From Bugula neritina (Eukaryota; Animalia; Bryozoa), in the NCBI GenBank assembly GCA_964035545.1, contig OZ037767.1, forward strand, positions 20,228,628-20,292,627: a stretch of 64,000 nt of DNA, in the 5' to 3' direction. The notes beneath the pieces were generated by a model, which was given only the letters and a program-made list of their open reading frames with translations, was not told the DNA's origin and ran no database searches. Position 1 is the first letter of the stretch. Each line of letters opens with the position of its first letter. Positions 37,801 through 64,000 of this stretch are shown one piece after another. Both the position numbers and the translations under genes were made by a program.

Positions 37801-40510
37801 AAATTTAATCCTTCAAAACCAAATTTGCATATTTTTTCCAATACATTTATGTAAGCTGAATATATGAAAGCAAGAAAATGTAGCATTGTATATAGAGCAA
37901 TGATGTTTTATACAATGCTGCATTTTCTTATATTCATGTAAGAACACACAAATAACATAAAATAAATCAATAAACACAGAAATGAAACTAAACATTGCCT
38001 AGAAAGAGACATGTTCATATGAAATACAGCAGCCAGTTGTTAAGATTAAGCTAAGTTTAATCAAAGCAGTATTTTCAAATGATGTACATTAGCTAGTTTC
38101 AGCAGAGCACCATAAATTCTAATATTATGCAAAATTACAACTATGGACACTAGTTACTAGTACAAGCACCAGATGACAGTAACTGGGTGCCTCCAAGCCG
38201 AGCTCAACTGGAATTCCAGGTATAGTAAGTAACAAACACTAGACAATATAGAAGCAGCAAAATCTCACTTAAAAGATAAAACAACTCCAAAAAAACACCT
38301 ATGTTCTTGAATTATTATCTTAAAGCCTAAATTTTGGGACATTCAACACTTGAAATATTCAACACTTTAGATATTCAACATTTCAGCCACTCAACAGTTA
38401 ATTCATTCAACAGTTGATTCATTCAATCTAAAGTCATTTTTATTGAGGAATCTCAAGTATTGTGAATATCAAAAATGGTTTGACGCAGGGGTGACAATGT
38501 CCGCAGAATACGACAGATAAATGACACACCTTGCGATGAGCAGGAAACAGAGCTCCTATGATGACATCACCATCAACGTATATCCTGTCAGCACTGAGTG
38601 TCGGTACGAGGCATGCTACAAGTATATGAACTATACACTACAAGTATACAAACTATACACTACAAGTATACGAACTATACACTACAGGTATACGAACTAT
38701 ACATTACAATTATACGAACTATACACTATAATTATATTAATCACACTGGGCCTAATATTAAAAATCTTACATCAAATTTTAATTTTTACCAATATTTTCT
38801 AGTTACAATGCATAAACTATTGTTTTCATTACAAATTTGCTATTTATATTGTCACTATGGCTATTTATAGTAGTATAAACAGCCATAGTTGCGTTATAAA
38901 TATATGACAAAATAAATAAGTATTCATGCTTGACATTATTTTGGCTTCTCTTTTGAACATAAAAATAGACTCATAAAATCATAAACAAAACATGGAGCAA
39001 AACTTTTAACACTTTTGAGGTGAAAATTGCATCCCCTTTCACTGCACAAAAATTAGTTTGTTATATACCTACTATTGCAGTATTACGGTGCACTACACAT
39101 GTAAAGTGTAAGAATACCATTCACAATAAAAATGAACATAAAACAACAAGTTATGTCTTACAATTACTAGTTAGACTTGGCATAACTAACAGCAAAACTG
39201 CCATAGAGCATTCCATAGAAAGTTGGCATTTTATATTAAATTTCGTTTTGTGTCTTTTGCAAAACATATCAAAATTTATATGCACTGAAATGACTCAATA
39301 TTATGTTATATTGTAACACATACAATTCTTTAATAGTATTGAACAAAACTTACTGCCAAGAAAAAGTAACATTTTATGAGTGGGCTAAATTAACTGCAAA
39401 GGTTTAATTAAATCAGTGCAACAGTGTTAATTAACATACACAAGTAATACACAACTGGCAGCAGTAACACATCTTAGCTAATTGGTGTCAGCTTTAGAAA
39501 TATAAAAATTGTACTTTGGATAAAAGCAGATTAGGTAATGAAAAAATATGAAATATTGAAGACTAAATTTCGCCTGCTTTGCAATCAAGTTAAGAGCCGT
39601 CATAATTTGCGTTGACAACAGTTTGGGTTGACTCGTAGGAATGAAAAAAGTTGAACCTCTAAATGCATTTATGCCACAAATTTGAACAGATGATGAATAT
39701 AACAATCTGTGGGGACGAGACTGTTATTATGAGAATATTCACTTTAAATACTGAAAACTTACCTAACAAAACAGTTGCCAAGAGCTGCATTATGGAGAAG
39801 AATTTGAATTTAACAACTGTCACTCTTTGATTGCAACTTGATTTCACGGACAGCCATAGCGTTGCCTTCTACAAAGGCACACACACCACAAAGTTATCGT
39901 GAGACTAGTGTTGTTTAGTGCAATAATTATATAATAATCTCTCAAGTCATAGGCTGCTTGCTGCCGCATTAATAATTGACAAGTGTTTATTGACTGACTA
40001 ATTAGTAGATGAAGACGTGTCTAGTGAAAGCAGCGAGTGAACAGCAATGAGAATGAAATGTGCACAAGACTAAAAATAAATTCAGCGGTTATTTTGACGT
40101 GCTTTTATAATGAGAAATTAATGCTCCAAATAAAACAAGATCTTTACAATAAAGGTAGAGAGACGCCATCGGGTTGCATAGGAATTGAACTCTCTGGTTA
40201 GGAATACTATTTTTAATTTGGTGACAACTCAATTCTATACTTGAATCTATGAAAAATTGATTCCGGACTTGAATTTTAAAACATGACTTCATATTTATGC
40301 AAACTTACAGCTACAAATGAGCTTCAGGGCTCTTCGTCAAAGTTTACAGCTAATAAAATTACAAGACTTCTTGCAGATAGCAACCAAGTTGAAGCAGAGC
40401 ACATCTAAACAAATTACGTCTGTTCATTATTTTATCTAGCATACGTTTTCAGCTTCTACTAACAAAACAAGAACTGACGAGAAATTTAGAACCCACCGGT
40501 TACTCACCAT
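22848..40510 (-). CDS. GRM1/GRM5-like: Metabotropic glutamate receptor, group I (mGluR1/5)-like, ~1278 aa
   Basis: Coding exons 40510-40508 (ATG only), 39868-39763, 38615-38530, 36242-35990, 35415-35188, 32865-32625, 31818-31598, 31314-31196, 31021-30897, 30661-30487, 30153-30030, 29351-29153, 28904-28634, 28323-28090, 27814-27624, 27030-26995, 25994-25932, 25384-25235, 24710-24597, 24054-23818, 23508-22848; total 3837 nt in frame. Motifs: DGDVIIGALFPAH, EYGIQRIEA, IRDSCW, GPGSSS, YSATS, GSDGW, cysteine-rich domain CCWRC, KASSRELSY, TKTNRIARI, PANFNEAKFIGFSMY, PERNTRREFTTTKEIRCHVG. The first two exons and the tail exons are inferred from phase and frame only. Confidence 0.95.
23655..23817. 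repeat. 14-bp minisatellite (GTAGACAGGAAGTA) starting at an mGluR donor site
   Basis: Directly visible; explains the repetitive ORFs 23602-23874 and the tail of 23634-24020. Confidence 0.9.
24317..24596. repeat. ~20-bp degenerate minisatellite (TATATTACATACTGTATGCT)
   Basis: Directly visible; abuts the donor at 24595-24596. Confidence 0.85.
26452..26648. mobile_element. Tc1/mariner-type MITE
   Basis: TIR CAATGCTCCCTGCGTATCTCAC / GTGAGATACGGAGGGGGCACTG followed by TA; the internal CAAAATGGCCAAATT..GGTTTTG segment recurs at ~49110-49222. Confidence 0.65.
29643..29955. mobile_element. MITE family A copy 2
   Basis: Termini GGTGTCCGG...CTAAAGTC; TSD AGTACTACT / AGTGCTACT (8/9); same subterminal inverted repeats and G-rich core. 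Confidence 0.9.
35441..35747. repeat. ~22-bp minisatellite (CTACATTATACATCTACACT variants)
   Basis: Directly visible, about 25 nt from the acceptor at 35416-35417. Confidence 0.9.
36963..37182 (+). mobile_element. tRNA-derived SINE, copy 2
   Basis: A box TGGTCTAGGGG (36969), B box GGTTCAAACCC (37020), body TGGTGATGTTAGGAAGATCATCCAGTCATAATTGCTC, ends in GTGAG(T)n; homologous to 2436-2641. Confidence 0.85.
37185..37675. repeat. 21-bp minisatellite (ATGTAAGTATACCAGTRCATA), ~23 copies
   Basis: Highly homogeneous array directly after the SINE tail; source of the ORFs 37133-37867. Confidence 0.97.
38622..38730. repeat. 21-bp minisatellite (AAGTATACGAACTATACACTAC variants)
   Basis: Directly visible, abutting the acceptor at 38616-38617. 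Confidence 0.85.
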
Positions 40511-42521
40511 ACATTGTTTCCAGATTTTTCACTAACAGTTTCAAAGTGCAAAGTGTTACCTGTTTTATGTTTTCTTAATGAGCAAGCACAACAAACTCTA
40601 TGTTTTCTACTAGATGTTTACCTGTATAAGACTAAGCCTTTTAGTGTCAGTTTGTAGCTTTTACACTCTTCTCTCCTTCAGTCAAATGCCGGGAGCAAAT
40701 GCAACTTCGTTATCTGTGTCCTGTATTTATATACTCACCAAGAAGCATCCTCAACGTGCTGAAAGGCCAGGCATTGGCCAACCAGCATTGCATATGATTA
40801 CCTTTTCTACATGCACCAACAGCATGTTATGTGATTTTCAAGCCAATAAATGGGCGGTGACCATAACACCATGTACACTTGCTGGGGACACAAAACATGT
40901 CACGTGACATTATAGCAGCACGGCAACCGATAAAACCCCCAGCAGCAAGCTTGCTGATGAAACTTGAGAAATCACAGCTTAGTAGCAGTTATACAAATAC
41001 CTATAGTAGATGTCCAGAATTTACAACTATTGTCACCAAAAAAAATACATATTTCATAAAATAATGTCACTTAATGTAGATATGCTGTATGTACATACAT
41101 GACAGATAGTACGCATATACAGTACATACATTGAGAAATAACACTATAAATACTTACAGTAACTGATATAACTTAGTGGAAGACAGAAGTGATTATCAAG
41201 ATGCATACAAAAAATTACCTAGACATTGGAAACAATCACACCATGCAGTTTATGACAAGGACAAGCATGTGCGGTATATGAATATTGTAATGGCATTGCC
41301 ATACTAGAATTAATGTCAACAACTGAGTTACCACAACTCTACAATCATCACCAGCTTTCTTTAAATAACTTAGCTTGTAAACTCTGCACTAACCATGATT
41401 CATGAGGTGAGGTGCCGAGAGAACCCAAATTATATGAAAGATTTGAGGCTAGATAATGGTTAGAGACTACTTTCAATATAAAACTTGCAGGTAGTAATAA
41501 TGCTTGCCAATTTACCTGCGAGTGAGCATTAGTTCACAGTAACTATTCAGATTACAGTAGCTTAGACTATAAACAAAAATACAACAGCTTATATTGAGTA
41601 ATAAGGAAACGCCAACTACAACTATACATAGAAGAAAGTGCTGATGTGTTGTATAAATAATGTATACAACGCAATCAATGGAGAGTGGCTTGTACAGATT
41701 GTATTTTACATCTATAATGAGAATGCTAATCATTACTAGCTTCTTAAGAGATCAGTGATAATACCTCTACAAACTTATAATAAATTAGAAGAGAGGTCCT
41801 TGTTTAACTCTTGACTTCTAAAGCATTCTGGCTCGCACAGGGAATCAGATTAAAATTTACAACTTCAGTTTCATAGCTTTAGCTTAGTAAAAAAATTTAT
41901 GTAAGAAATCACCTAATTTAAATTGCATTTTTGATGATTGATTTATCACATATCACAGACATTTAGCGTAAACGAACTGATAATAGAAGTCATTTTTATT
42001 TTTAAACATTATTCTAGTAGTGATATTAAATGCAGTTGTTTTCGTGACAGTAGCAATAAGATGAAGTAAACCAATCAGAGATGCTCCCTCTTGAGCCAAT
42101 AAAAAATAACCAGCCAGTACATATAAGTTTCCAAGCAATGATCTTTTACTAAGGCATTGTAATAAAGTTAGTTAACAAATTTATTTAAAATATTTTGTCC
42201 ATGCGGCCAACTATAGAGGTATAATCAGCTAAAAATATGACTTTCCTTACAAGAGCCCAGATTAGTTGGCTAATTTCAAAAAATTGAGTATGTGTAAGAG
42301 GGCATAGGGTAGCTATCAGGTACTGTCCAATTACAGGATCGGGCTAAGTTATCTATCTGAATTTGATTGGCTAGAATCAATCAATTTTTTAACCAAAAAT
42401 GAACTTAACACAATTACATGGTCATTGAAAATCTACTTGTCACATAAATTTTGTCCATCACATCCAAAATACATGGATTGTCCAATTCTCACTCATACAA
42501 GGAAAAAGAACAAATGTTACT

Positions 42522-63589
<21,068 letters not shown>

Positions 63590-64000
63590 CTATAGAATTT
63601 AAAAACAACAGCTTAAAACAAAGTGACCATAGCTTTCTTTTAATGAGTTTCGGCATAGGTTTTTGATTGCTACAAACACAGACAACTTGTTCGAATTTTA
63701 TGGCTTCTTCTTAATATATATTTTTGTTATTTTATTCTCCAATAGCTCTTAATTGCTTGTTTTAATACTCTTGAAAACAAACAAAAATGTGCTCGATTTG
63801 TTTTGCTAAACTTTGAATTAACTATAAAAAAGTTTGAAATTTAGTAAATTAAAGATAGGAAATTGTTTTTTTAGTAACAACTTTTGCACTTGCATGCTAT
63901 TAGACTGTATTAACTGCTTTGCTAGGCAAAAATCTCTGAATCCGCCATAGTGGACTCTAAGATAATGAGGTTTATCTAGTCAAGTATTCTGACGCTTCAA

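Noticed and set aside
37133-37867. Long repetitive ORFs (YWYTYIM, CTGILTL, SIPVHNV) and a CRISPR-like look
   Set aside because: Translation of a 21-bp minisatellite in an intron; no unique spacers and no cas genes.

Overview
AT-rich, intron-containing animal genomic DNA. An invertebrate, probably lophotrochozoan, source is my impression from gene content and style, not something the sequence demonstrates. Five spliced protein-coding genes were reconstructed by hand with consistent splice phases: (1) the 5' part of ZMPSTE24/Ste24 CAAX protease (-), head-to-head with (2) a 1079-aa VWA + DUF4537-like (VWA3B/C11orf16-like) gene (+) that has one GC-AG intron; (3) a 602-aa RING/B-box/B-box/coiled-coil/beta-propeller TRIM-like gene (+), tail-to-tail with (4) a 1278-aa group I-type metabotropic glutamate receptor (-) whose long C-tail is built from five symmetric phase-2 exons; (5) the 3' part of CLYBL (-), with a 14.2-kb intron. 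The most striking non-coding signal lies between the convergent poly(A) signals of the TRIM-like and mGluR genes: a near-perfect 251-bp palindrome carrying a minimal type I hammerhead ribozyme on each strand, plus a second, unrelated GUC hammerhead about 50 bp away, all embedded in TA/TG microsatellites (Penelope-like element signature). Also present are a four-copy MITE family with 9-bp TSDs and a telomere-like G-rich core, two tRNA-derived SINE copies, Harbinger/hAT/Tc1-type MITEs, a ~1-kb Helitron-like repeat pair inverted around three CLYBL exons, and many minisatellites abutting splice sites. Most short ORFs in the supplied track are spurious or are exon fragments.
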